DNA of 32,000 bases from Synechococcus elongatus PCC 6301. Its GTDB lineage: Bacteria > Cyanobacteriota > Cyanobacteriia > Synechococcales > Synechococcaceae. Positions 9,212 through 18,900 of this stretch are shown here, piece by piece; positions within the stretch are counted from its first letter, which is position 1, and every line of letters begins with the position of its first letter. The stretch spans positions 210,001 through 242,000 of the forward strand of contig NC_006576.1 in NCBI RefSeq assembly GCF_000010065.1, given 5' to 3'. Under the pieces are notes generated by a model, which was given only the letters and a program-made list of their open reading frames with translations, had not been told where the DNA came from and did no database searches. A program made the position numbers and the translations under genes.

Positions 9212-9715
9212 TCACACACAACCCAGACTATCTCGGGTGGCTACCCCTGTTTTGGGGTTAACGCCGTCGGCCCGCAGGCAAAGCTGCTTCTGCTCGTAGC
9301 GATCGATGATTGCATCTGTGAAATCGGCACCTGTGATCTTGACATCTTGAAAACTGGTGCGAGTAGCAGTCACGTCTACCAACAGGGCATCGGTCAAATC
9401 AGCGCCCACCAAAAAGACGCGATCGAGTAAGGCACCGCTCAGATCTGCTCCATGGAAATTGGCATCCAAGAAGACTCCTAGAGTCAGAATCGCATTGCGC
9501 AAATTCGCCTCTTCTAGATTGGCTTTGCGCATCTCGGTCGACACGAACAACATCCCCGACAAGTCTTCGTGGGAGAGATCGATGCCGTTGCGAATCAAGT
9601 TGCTGTAGTTATTCGTTTCGGGCTCTGCGATCGCAGGGTGAGCTAACCCCAAAACTAAAACCAGCGCCAGCACCATCGAGAGCCATCGCCAACCGAATCG
9701 ACGGGGCAAAACCAT
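9212..9715 (-). CDS. Pentapeptide-repeat protein with a signal peptide (thylakoid-lumen or periplasmic type)
   Basis: The N-terminal signal is RWLSMVLALVLVLGLAHPAIA. Tandem A(D/N)LxX repeats follow (ANLEEANLRNAIL...ANFHGADLSGALLDRVFLVGADLTDALL). Confidence 0.85.
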   Translation of the reverse strand: MVLPRRFGWRWLSMVLALVLVLGLAHPAIAEPETNNYSNLIRNGIDLSHEDLSGMLFVSTEMRKANLEEANLRNAILTLGVFLDANFHGADLSGALLDRVFLVGADLTDALLVDVTATRTSFQDVKITGADFTDAIIDRYEQKQLCLRADGVNPKTGVATRDSLGCV

Positions 9716-9747
9716 AGAACCATTCTCGGAAGGAGATCCCCTTCAGC

Positions 9748-11058
9748 TTAAGGCTTGGGGCTGGGGGTCGGTTGCCAGTCTTGGCCAATCCGAATTGTCA
9801 GGTCGGAGCCAATATCGCCATCAGAGCTTGCACGGACCTCACCCAAATTCAGCTGCTGTTGCAACCCTTCCGCTTGGATTAAGTCCCCCCGCTGGGCAAT
9901 AATTTGTGTCTTCTCGAGGGGCTCTGGCCAGTCTTCAATGATGTAGACGCGACGAATTCCCAACTTAGCTAAGGATTCAGCAAGGGCTTGGGCTGCTTCG
10001 GGTTTCCCCGATGAGTCTTGAATGGCAACGCGCAGGTCTTCAAAAGCCAAGCGATCGATTGGCTGGATACTGATCTGGTTGAAAAAGTCACTGACTAGGC
10101 GATCGCGAGCGCCTTCATCCAAGCGCCAGTAGCTGACGTCGTCCTGCATAATCGGGCGACCGGGCAGCATCACCATGCGGATATTGGCCAAATCCTGTTG
10201 CAGCCCAATACTGACCAGAGCCATCAGTTCTTCAAAGCTGAGGTTGGTATCGACGTACTTTTGCAGGACTTTGACCAAGTCGGGTGCCTTCGTCAGAATC
10301 AGCGGATTGGCCAGCTTTTCCCGTAGGGCCCGTAGCAACATTTGCTGGCGCTGCACCCGCCCAATATCCCCCAGCTCGTCGTAACGGAAGCGGGCGAACT
10401 GTTCTGCCTGATCGCCATTCAGGGTTTGGCGCCCCGCTGGGAGATCGATGTAGAGCTTTTGGGTGTTGTCGGTATAGCGCATCGGCTTGGGCACATACAC
10501 CTCAACCCCACCGACCAAATCGACCAGCTCCTTAAAAGCAGTGGTGTCAATCCGCAGGTAGCGATCGATCGGTACGTCATTGAGGGTGCGACTAACCACA
10601 TCCGCCGCCAGAGCCGGCCCCCCAAAGACGTTAGCCGCATTAATTTTGGTGGTGCCGTAGCCAGGGATTGCGACTTGGGTGTCGCGGGGAATCGAGAGGA
10701 GGCTGGTTGTCCCTTCCAGGGGGTCAAACCGCAATAACAGCAGGGTATCGCTGCGAGTGTCAAACTTCTCTGCTTGTTCACCGGTTTCCGACTGATCCAA
10801 GCCCATGACCAGAACATTGATCGGCCGATTGAAGCTGTAGGGCAGCAGGGCCATCAAGGGCGAGTTGGGCGCAACCGGCTTGGCAGAACGGCTGAGGGGG
10901 AGGGCATAAACAAGACCTGCCGTAGCGATCGCGGCAGCGCTGGCGATCGCAGCCATCAACCCGACTTGGGGCCAAAGCCGTCGGGGTTTTGATGCTGGCG
11001 ACGAGATCCGCTTCACCTTTGTTTGAGTCGCTGGTCGAGAGATGGGTGAAGCCCCCAC
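9748..11058 (-). CDS. LytR-CpsA-Psr (LCP) family cell-envelope protein with a C-terminal LytR_C-like domain
   Basis: It has an N-terminal basic tail plus a TM helix. The LCP core reads NVLVMGLDQ...RSDTLLLLRFDP...SLLSIPRDT...KINAANVFGG...RFRY. The start codon is a GTG (11056-11058), and an alternative internal ATG exists. Confidence 0.85.
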   Translation of the reverse strand: MGASPISRPATQTKVKRISSPASKPRRLWPQVGLMAAIASAAAIATAGLVYALPLSRSAKPVAPNSPLMALLPYSFNRPINVLVMGLDQSETGEQAEKFDTRSDTLLLLRFDPLEGTTSLLSIPRDTQVAIPGYGTTKINAANVFGGPALAADVVSRTLNDVPIDRYLRIDTTAFKELVDLVGGVEVYVPKPMRYTDNTQKLYIDLPAGRQTLNGDQAEQFARFRYDELGDIGRVQRQQMLLRALREKLANPLILTKAPDLVKVLQKYVDTNLSFEELMALVSIGLQQDLANIRMVMLPGRPIMQDDVSYWRLDEGARDRLVSDFFNQISIQPIDRLAFEDLRVAIQDSSGKPEAAQALAESLAKLGIRRVYIIEDWPEPLEKTQIIAQRGDLIQAEGLQQQLNLGEVRASSDGDIGSDLTIRIGQDWQPTPSPKP

Positions 11059-11087
11059 AGGTTTACCTCAGGCAAAATTGCGCAGAA

Positions 11088-11116
11088 TTGACGGATTATA
11101 GGCGACTCTTTACGCT
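11088..11116 (+). promoter_or_regulatory. Candidate sigma70-type promoter (TTGACG-17 nt-TACGCT) upstream of the BciB/HCAR-like gene
   Basis: TTGACG lies at 11088-11093 and TACGCT at 11111-11116, with a 17-nt spacer. This is a pattern match only. Confidence 0.25.
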
Positions 11117-11300
11117 CGGCAAGGTCTGCTGGCGTGCAGTTGTAGCAGCGGCTGCGATCGCATACAGCATTTATACCTAATTTCTGTCCTTCTCTGGGGT
11201 CAGAAGACGCTCTTCTATCTGCCCCATTGGCAAGCGGTGATTCCGCGAGTTTTCCGGCTCCGGTAAGGTGGAAACATTGGCTTTGTCCCCTTGGTTTGGC

Positions 11301-12506
11301 ATGACTGCAGCACTTCCCCACCGTCGCGCCCGCGCCCTCAAACCCGGAAGCCGTCGGCCCGCCAAAGATCTCTGCAGTGAGTGTGGTCTCTGCGATACCT
11401 CCTATGTCCATTACGTCAAAGAGGCCTGTGCCTTTTTAAATCAGCAGTTTGAGCCGCTGGAACAGCAGGTTCATGGGCGATCGCGGGATCTGGAGAATCC
11501 TGATGAACTCTACTTCGGAGTTCATCAGTCGATGACGGCTGCCCAAAAGCGAGAACCCATCGAAGGCGCTCAGTGGACTGGGATTGTTAGTGCGCTGGCC
11601 TGCCGGATGCTAGAGCAGGGCTGGGTCGAAGGCGTAGTCTGTGTCCAAAATAGCCCTAGCGATCGCTTCCAACCCATGCCTGTGATCGCGCGCACAACCG
11701 ATGAAATTTTGGCCGCGCGAGTCAACAAACCGACCCTGTCGCCCAACCTCAATATCCTTGATCTGATTGAGCAATCAGGACTGAAACGACTGCTGGTGAT
11801 TGGCGTCGGTTGCCAAATTCAAGCTCTGCGCGCCGTTCAAGACAAACTGGGGCTCGACAAGCTTTACGTCTTGGGCACCCCCTGCGTCGATAATGTCAGT
11901 CGCGCCGGTCTGCAAAAGTTCTTGGAAACCACCAGCCGATCTCCCGAGACAGTGGTGCACTACGAGTTCATGCAGGATTTCCGCATCCACTTCAAGCATG
12001 AAGACGGCAGCATCGAAATGGTGCCCTTCTTTGGCCTCAAGACTAAGGAGCTTAAAGATGTGTTCGCACCTTCCTGTCTGAGCTGTTTTGACTACACCAA
12101 TGGCCTTGCTGACCTCGTTGTCGGCTACATGGGCGCGCCCTTTGGCTGGCAGTGGTTAGTGGTGCGCAATGAAATCGGCCAAGAAATGTTTGATCTCATC
12201 CAAGACGACCTACGGCTACAACCTGTCCAGAGCAGTGGCGATCGCCGGGCTGCGGTACAAAACAGCATTCCGGCCTACGAACAAGGTGTGCAGCTGCCGA
12301 TGTGGGCGGCCAAATTGATGGGCCTCGTGATCGAGCGGATCGGTCCCAAGGGCCTTGAATATGCTCGCTTTTCGATTGACAGCCACTTCACCCGCAACGC
12401 GCTCTACGTGCGGCGCAACTATCCCGAGAAAGCTGAGACGCACATTCCGGAGTTTGCCAAGCGGATCGTCAGTCAATATCAACTCCCACCGATCGAGGAG
12501 AAATAA
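11301..12506 (+). CDS. F420 hydrogenase/dehydrogenase beta-subunit family protein; likely ferredoxin-dependent 8-vinyl reductase (BciB) or 7-hydroxymethyl chlorophyll a reductase homologue
   Basis: The N-terminal Cys cluster reads CSECGLCDTSYVHYVKEACAFLNQ. The rest is a FrhB-like body (LLVIGVGCQIQALR, LYVLGTPCVDN, CLSCFDYTN). I prefer the ATG at 11301 to the GTG at 11268. Confidence 0.75.
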   Translation: MTAALPHRRARALKPGSRRPAKDLCSECGLCDTSYVHYVKEACAFLNQQFEPLEQQVHGRSRDLENPDELYFGVHQSMTAAQKREPIEGAQWTGIVSALACRMLEQGWVEGVVCVQNSPSDRFQPMPVIARTTDEILAARVNKPTLSPNLNILDLIEQSGLKRLLVIGVGCQIQALRAVQDKLGLDKLYVLGTPCVDNVSRAGLQKFLETTSRSPETVVHYEFMQDFRIHFKHEDGSIEMVPFFGLKTKELKDVFAPSCLSCFDYTNGLADLVVGYMGAPFGWQWLVVRNEIGQEMFDLIQDDLRLQPVQSSGDRRAAVQNSIPAYEQGVQLPMWAAKLMGLVIERIGPKGLEYARFSIDSHFTRNALYVRRNYPEKAETHIPEFAKRIVSQYQLPPIEEK

Positions 12507-12597
12507 TTCTGCTGTAGAGCCACCGATCTCTTAGGCAAACCCTTGGTTCGGCTTTCCCCCTTGCTGCACCTGATAGGATGCCAATATCCCTTTATTT

Positions 12598-12630
12598 AGC
12601 GCTTGCTGGCGCTTGACCCGCCGCTTTTTT
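12598..12630 (+). terminator. Weak candidate intrinsic terminator after the BciB/HCAR-like gene
   Basis: Short GC stems (AGCGC..GCGCT and GGCG..CGCC) are followed by TTTTTT at 12625-12630. The stems are only 4-5 bp. Confidence 0.3.
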
Positions 12631-12921
12631 ATGGAACCTGGCAGTAGTAGCCGCGCCAACGCCCCCGCCCCGCCTGCGCAACGGTGGTCTGAACGGGTCG
12701 GTATCGCAATTGCGTTGGCAACCTTAGTCATCCCTTTTTGGGTTATTAGTTTTTACTCAACCTCGCGGACCAGTTCGTCACCTCCTGCTTCGCTGCAGCT
12801 GCGAAGTGACTGATCCGGCGATCGCCCGACTCTTCCGTCTACGATTTTGCTTTCCTCCTTTCGGGGGTGGCAATCGCAAGGTATGGCAGGCTAGGGGAAC
12901 AAGTTGTCGGAGCCACCTGCG

Positions 12922-13713
12922 ATGAATACAGCCTCTGATCCCTGGTGGGTTCAACAGTGGCTGGATTTGATCAATGCCTATCGCTTCAAGAAACGCTTGG
13001 AGCGAGGTTGGCGCTATGCCCGCGAAGGTCATGTCCTCAGCATTTGCTTCCAAGGGCAAAAAGTGGAGGCGAAGGTTCAAGGGACTGAAGCGAAGCCCTA
13101 TCGAGCCTCGCTTTGGCTGGATCCAATCAGTGAGGAGGACTGGGGCTACGTCATTTCAGCCTTGGCGACTGAGGCCCGTTGGTCAGCACTGTTGTTAGCA
13201 GGCGAAATGCCCGCCGACATCGAGACGGTGTTCGCCCGTAATGGTTTGCGCCTTTTCCCGTTTAGCCTCAGTGATGTCCACTCGCGCTGTAGCTGTCCAG
13301 ATAAAGCCAACCCTTGCAAGCATGTCAGCGCTATCTACTACCTGCTTGGCGATCGCTTTAGTGAAGATCCCTTCGTGCTTTTTCAGCTCCGGGGACGGCA
13401 ACGACAGCAGCTACTAGAGGAATTGCGATCGCGTCGCCAAGCTAGCCTTCAACCAACGCCAGAAGTCTCTGCTGCACCAGTTCCTCAGCTGCAGCAATTT
13501 TGGGATTACGCCGATCCCCTTGACCCAGAGCTGGTGATTATCACGCCCAGTCTCGGCGACACAGTGCTTGGACAATTGGGTTCTTTGCCCCTTGCGAGCG
13601 ATCCTCGTTTAGAGACCAGCGCTGCGCAGCTACTAGTGCAATTGCGGCAGCTCTATGAGGATGTTGCTCAGTCAGTTTTCTTGGAATCTATGGCATCAGC
13701 AGGCGATCGCTGA
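12922..13713 (+). CDS. SWIM zinc-finger family protein
   Basis: It carries the CSCPDKANPCKHVSAIYY motif (CxCx(n)CxH SWIM signature) and an N-terminal WWVQQWLDLI...RGWRYAREGHV region typical of COG4279-like proteins. I prefer the ATG at 12922 to the TTG at 12904. Confidence 0.8.
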   Translation: MNTASDPWWVQQWLDLINAYRFKKRLERGWRYAREGHVLSICFQGQKVEAKVQGTEAKPYRASLWLDPISEEDWGYVISALATEARWSALLLAGEMPADIETVFARNGLRLFPFSLSDVHSRCSCPDKANPCKHVSAIYYLLGDRFSEDPFVLFQLRGRQRQQLLEELRSRRQASLQPTPEVSAAPVPQLQQFWDYADPLDPELVIITPSLGDTVLGQLGSLPLASDPRLETSAAQLLVQLRQLYEDVAQSVFLESMASAGDR

Positions 13714-13736
13714 GCCATTTTTCAGGATCAGCAGTA

Positions 13737-13746
13737 TAGTCATTGC
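13737..13746. repeat. Left copy of the 10-bp direct repeat TAGTCATTGC, at the left composition boundary
   Basis: Exact 10-mer read directly from the sequence, 24 nt after the SWIM gene stop. The second copy is at 24462-24471. Confidence 0.9.
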
Positions 13747-13989
13747 AGCTAATCCGCTATTCAACGGCTTTCCTCTTTCCCTGTCTTAAGCAAAGGCTTC
13801 TAAAGCTCACAATAAATAGACAGCAGCTAACTGCGTAACAAGCAAAAATGAGTGCGGTTAGACATGCGGACTTTACACAAAGTATTCCAAACTACCTAAC
13901 AGCAGCTCTTTGGTGTCAATTTTTGTTGATGGGGTGGAATTGGCTAGCGATCGCTCCAACCCTAGCAGTTAAACTCCCCCTAAGCACCT

Positions 13990-14009
13990 TCTAGCTCAGC
14001 AGAGCTAGA
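13990..14009 (+). promoter_or_regulatory. Perfect 8-bp stem with a 4-nt loop (TCTAGCTC-agca-GAGCTAGA), 20 nt upstream of the sensor gene ATG
   Basis: The inverted repeat was read directly from the sequence. Its function is unknown; it could be a 5' leader structure or an operator. Confidence 0.4.
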
Positions 14010-14029
14010 TATGTGAACTGTTAGCGAGA

Positions 14030-15940
14030 ATGTCAAGAATCATGAGCATACGTTTTTTAATTATCGAGGCGTATCTGCATGTATTGGCCTTTGCGTTAAT
14101 CATCACAGGCCTCATTGGGTTAGTCGGCTACCCTGATGTCCAACACTTAACCTTTCATAGTTTAGTTCTGCCATTAGATAGTTCACTCTTATTACTATTA
14201 CTTGGTGGGCTGCTACTTAGCGCAGTTTATCGCGCAGGAAAGCTGCTAAAAGCCTTGATGTTCTTGTTGATAATCACCGTAGTGTACGGCACCACAAGGA
14301 ATTGGTTGGTTGGAGAGCCAGAAACAAATTTCTCGTTTATCAGTGAATTTATTCGGGTTAGAACTGCTTTTGTTATCACGTCCTTGATAAGTAGTCTTGC
14401 TTTTTCTTGGAGTCTAGAATCACGTCTAACTAAGCGACGAGCTTACTTTACTGGTGTTGGTATTATTTTGCTTTCAAGCACATCATTGCTGTCTGACTTA
14501 TTTTGGGCTCCAGAAGCTACTAGCTTGAGATATGATTTTTCGTCAATTTATGTTGTCAATTTCTTGAGTATTTTACTGAGCATTAGTGTTATTTTATTGG
14601 CGCCTAGATCACATCAGAGTCTCAGCAGCCCCGGAAGAATTCCTGTTTTAGCAGGCTTATTGGGAGTGATGTTAACCTGCATCACTTGGTATTTGCTCAG
14701 CTTGCAAACTATTAGCTTTATCAATCAGCAAAGTGACATTTTACTGGCTAAAGTCCAGAGCAGCACCGAGCGGGCATTATCCAATCGACTAGCACTCATT
14801 CAACGAATGAGCGAGCGCTGGGAAGCGCTAGGAAGCTTACCCACTCAAGCCTATTGGCAGCAAGAAGCCAAGAGTTACCTTCGTGACTTCCCGAATCTAC
14901 AGTGGGTGGGAGTATTCGATTCTGAGATACAGCCCTACTGGCTGGTGGGACGTACAGATAAGGCTGCAGAGTGGTTGCCTCGGTTCAGAGCTGAACAGAA
15001 TCAACAAGTTTGGTTCCAGCAAACCTTAGCCTCTAGGTCTACCTCACTCAGCCCGGTATTCACTCTTCCTGACAACCCAAGTACCTATGTCTTGCTTGCT
15101 AGCCCGCTGAACTTACCGAATCACCCCCCCCGCTTAATTGCTGCCGGCCTCAGTCTTCAGGGCATTATGCGTGACCTTATTGGGACAGATTATGACCAGT
15201 TTGTTCTGGCTCTATTTCAAGGCGATCAACCAATCTACCGCTCAGCTCTCCTATCTAATCAAGACTTGAAGAGTAGGCCTATTAACGATCGCAATATTAT
15301 TTTGAGCAATGGGAAAAGTTGGAAATTAGTGGCCTATGTCAGTAACCCAGCCGCATTTTCAACGGCACGTTTACTATCTGTCTTGGTGATGGCATTTGGC
15401 TTGTTGCTGAGCTTTTTTCTCATGCTTAGTCAACGATTAGCAAGAATTGCTACAGAACGTGCAAAATATCTACAACAAGCGAATAAAAACTTGCAAGCCA
15501 GTCTGGAAAGCCAAGCCTTTGCTCAAGCCCTCAACCAGCGCATCATGGAATTCACTATGGATGTGCTTTGTTCCTTTGATCGCGAGGGGCGCTTTCTCGA
15601 AGTTAGTCCATCGTGTCTTAAGTTATTTGGCTATAGTCCAGAAGAACTGAATGGCCGCCCCTATTTAGAACTAGTCTTGCCTGAAGATCGGGATTTAACA
15701 ATTCAGGAAGCCCAGCAGTTGATGACCGGTCGGCCAACCTATAACTTTCGCAATCGCTATCGTCATAAAGATGGTCATGTTATACACATTCTTTGGTCTG
15801 CTGACTGGTCTGAAACTGATCAAGTGTTATTTGCAGTTGCTCATGATATTACGCCACTTGTTCAGAACGAAGCCTTTGCTAATCGTCAACGCGATATTTT
15901 GAGCTTGATTTCCCTTGATCGCCCCCTGACAGAAATATAG
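14030..15940 (+). CDS. Multi-pass membrane sensor protein: about 7 TM helices, an extracytoplasmic domain, a TM helix, a coiled coil, a PAS domain and the first helix of a GAF domain (636 aa). It ends at an in-frame TAG.
   Basis: Hydrophobic segments occur through residues ~7-224 and ~449-468. The PAS domain reads MDVLCSFDREGRFLEVSPSCLKLFGYSPEELNGRPYLELVLPEDR...HKDGHVIHILWSA...AVAHDIT. The tail RQRDILSLISLDRPLTEI looks like the start of a GAF domain. This is the most AT-rich gene in the window. Confidence 0.75.
   Translation: MSRIMSIRFLIIEAYLHVLAFALIITGLIGLVGYPDVQHLTFHSLVLPLDSSLLLLLLGGLLLSAVYRAGKLLKALMFLLIITVVYGTTRNWLVGEPETNFSFISEFIRVRTAFVITSLISSLAFSWSLESRLTKRRAYFTGVGIILLSSTSLLSDLFWAPEATSLRYDFSSIYVVNFLSILLSISVILLAPRSHQSLSSPGRIPVLAGLLGVMLTCITWYLLSLQTISFINQQSDILLAKVQSSTERALSNRLALIQRMSERWEALGSLPTQAYWQQEAKSYLRDFPNLQWVGVFDSEIQPYWLVGRTDKAAEWLPRFRAEQNQQVWFQQTLASRSTSLSPVFTLPDNPSTYVLLASPLNLPNHPPRLIAAGLSLQGIMRDLIGTDYDQFVLALFQGDQPIYRSALLSNQDLKSRPINDRNIILSNGKSWKLVAYVSNPAAFSTARLLSVLVMAFGLLLSFFLMLSQRLARIATERAKYLQQANKNLQASLESQAFAQALNQRIMEFTMDVLCSFDREGRFLEVSPSCLKLFGYSPEELNGRPYLELVLPEDRDLTIQEAQQLMTGRPTYNFRNRYRHKDGHVIHILWSADWSETDQVLFAVAHDITPLVQNEAFANRQRDILSLISLDRPLTEI
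15938..15940 (+). other. The only stop codon (TAG) separating two same-frame ORFs of the sensor kinase
   Basis: The ORF starts 14030 and 15956 are both 2 mod 3. The reading is ...ACA GAA ATA TAG ACG GCC ATT TGC GCA ATG GTA.... Confidence 0.95.
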
Positions 15941-15955
15941 ACGGCCATTTGCGCA

Positions 15956-18900
15956 ATGGTAGAGGAGTTCAATCCGAGCACTTACTGCTCAATTTTGCGC
16001 CTCGATCGGGAGACTCAACAGATTTGGACAGTCGTAGCTCCCAGCCTGCCCAAAGAGTATTGCCAAGCGATTGATGGCGCCACAGTGGGGCCAAACACGG
16101 GAAGTTGCGGGGCAGCTATTTTCCGGCGGCAACCTGTTCTCGTTGCGGACATCGAATCGGATCCGCTTTGGGCAAACGACCGCGATACTGCTCTCATCCA
16201 TGGCTTGCGGTCTTGCTGGTCGTTTCCCTTGATTGCTCATAATGGGCAAGTTCAAGGGACATTAGCAGTCTATCAACCATTTCCACAGACACCCTCGGAA
16301 GATCAACTGCAGCAGTGTCTCACCGTGGCACAGTTAGCAGCGATCGCGTTCGCCCGATCACTCGACCGCCAACAACTTCAAGATAGTGAGCAGCGTTTTC
16401 GATCCCTGTTTACCTTCAACCCTGATGCCGTCTACTCATTTGACTTGCAGGGTATCTACCAGAGCATGAATTCTGCTGGCTTCGAAATTTTGGATCGACA
16501 AGCTGATCAAATCATCGGTAAGCATTTTTCAGATGTTGTTATCTCAGAAGACCTTGAAAAATGTCAACAGCATTTTGACCAAGCTTGCAAAGGAGAGGCG
16601 CAGCACTATGAAATAAGGATTAACGGCAGAAACGGTCAACTCTTTTACTTAGATGTTAGTAAATTTCCGATTGTTGTAAACAACAAGATTGTTGGAGTTT
16701 TTGGTATTGCCAAAGATATTACTCAGAGAAAGCAAATTACTGCTGATTTACAACAGGCTTTGATGCAGAGTAATAAGCAGACAGAGCAGCTTCGTCGTTT
16801 AGGAAATGCTGCGATCGCTACTGCAGAGCTCCAAGACCATCAAGAATTGGTCAAATATCTTGTGGAACAAGTTCGGCTTACCATTAGGGCTCACCAAGCC
16901 GTTATTAGTTTAACTCGATGTGATGACTGGAGTCAGTCAATCAATGCTATCTCTCTCTCTGATAAATATGCTGCTTGGAAGAACTATGATGAACTATCCA
17001 CTGGCGAAGGTATTTACACCCTCATTTGCGAAACGAATCAGCCCTTGGTTCTAACTCAAGAAGAGCTTGAAAAACACCCTCGCTGGCGAGGATTTGGCGA
17101 CCAAGCAGATAAGCATCCTCCCATGCGAGGCTGGTTGGCTGTACCTCTGTTCGATCCCAATGGCCGCAATCTCGGTGTCCTTCAGCTCTCTGATAAAGAG
17201 GAAGGCGAATTTGATGATGATGATCTAGCGATCGCCCAGCAATTTGCACAGATGACAGTGGCGGTTTTGGAAAATAACCGGCTCCTCAATGAGGTGCTCA
17301 CTGCTGAACAACAACTGAAGGAGCAGTTGAGCTTCAACTCTACAATCACGGACTGTATGGCTGAGGGACTGTTGGCCGTTGATGAACGTGGCAAATTAGC
17401 TTTTGCCAATCCAACGGCGCAGGAGTGGCTGGCAATCGACAAGTCAGAACTTTCGCAACAATCCCTCGACCAACTCCTACCACTAGATCTGACTGCTTGG
17501 AATCAAGGAGGAGTTGGCAATCAAGGGGAGTTGAAGCTTAAAGGACGGATTTTGCAGTACGAAGCCCGTCCCTTAGTAGGCCCCGTAGCAGAGAGAGGTT
17601 GGGTTTTAGTCCTCCACGACGTTACAGCCCAGCGTCAAGTTGACCAAGCCATGCGGGAGCGAGACCAGTTTTTTAGCCTTTCCCTCGAGATGTTCTGCAT
17701 GGTCGATTTACGAGGGCGTTTCATTCAGGTCAATCCAGCCTTTGCTGCAACCCTTCGCTACAGTACCGCTGAGCTCGTTGGTCGCCCCTATCTCGAGTTG
17801 GTCGATTTGGGCGATCGCAGTCAGATCGCGACTACAATTCGCCGGTTGAAAGCCGGGCTTCTCATCCACGATCTAGTCATCCGCGTCTGGGACAAAGCAG
17901 GTGAGTTACACTGGCTACAAATCAGTGCAGCCCTCGGGGACGATCGCGTCATCTATTGCGTAGCCCGCGACGTTACAGAGCAACGAGCTATTCAAGAGCA
18001 AATCCTTCAGCAAAACCTACTGCTAAGAATGGCTGGGCAGACTGCCAAGCTGGGCGGCTGGAGCGTTGAGCTACCCAGTCGAGAAGTGATTTGGTCGCCA
18101 GAAACCTTTAGTTTGCTGGGTTTTACTGATGAAGATGAACCCGATTTGGAGGAAGCCCTTAGCCTCTATCCCCCTGCGGAGCGAGCCCTAGTCACAAAGG
18201 CGCTAGAGGACTGTATTCAGCAGGGAATTAGCTTTGATTTTGATGTAGCTGTTCACAATACTTCTGGCTTCCTGCTCGATGCACGAGTGACGGGGCAAGC
18301 CGTTCGTGATGAAACTGGAGCGATTGTAAGAATCTCGGGGGCATTTCAGGATGTTAGCGATCGCAAACGGGCCCAACGTGAGGCTCAGCGACTGGCGGAT
18401 CGGCTACGAACCACGCTTGAAAGCATTACTGATGGCTTTTATACCCTCGATGAAAACTGGCGATTTAGCTACCTCAATCAGGAGGGTGCTCAGCAGCTGG
18501 GCGTCAATGTAGAAGAAACGCTAGGCCAAATGGTCTGGACTGCTTTTCCTGGGTCCTACGAGAGCGAACTCGGCCATATTTATCGGCAAGCGATTGCTAC
18601 GGGCGAAGCCGCTCATTTTGAGACCTACTATGAACCCTTCGGCCGGTGGTTTGAAGTCCATGCTTACCCTTCTGAAGACGGTTTGGCAGTCTACTTCCGC
18701 GATGTTTCAGAACGTCGGCAAACCGAACAAAATTTACGGATTACGCTGCGAGAGCTAGAGCGCAGCAACCAGGAGCTGCAGGAATTTGCCTTTGTTGCCT
18801 CCCACGACCTTCAGGAGCCACTGCGCAAAATTCAGGCTTTCTCGGATCGCCTCATTGCTCGGACCAGCAACCTAGATGATGAATCTCAGGATTATCTGAG

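Noticed and set aside
10175-10992. Several 60-130-aa ORFs on both strands inside the LCP gene
   Set aside because: They are all nested in or antisense to a gene with strong family motifs. Their sequences are low-complexity and Arg/Pro-rich.
12531-13080. Minus-strand ORFs 12531-12731 and 12778-13080
   Set aside because: The first has its ATG directly abutting the only purine run and gives a nonsense-like translation. The second is antisense to the SWIM gene.
15956-17290. The two GAF domains of the kinase as bilin-binding (phytochrome or cyanobacteriochrome) photosensors
   Set aside because: Neither GAF shows the conserved Cys-His chromophore context. GAF1 belongs to the GSCG/DPLW type and GAF2 to the RGxLAVPL...LSDK type, neither of which is a known bilin binder.
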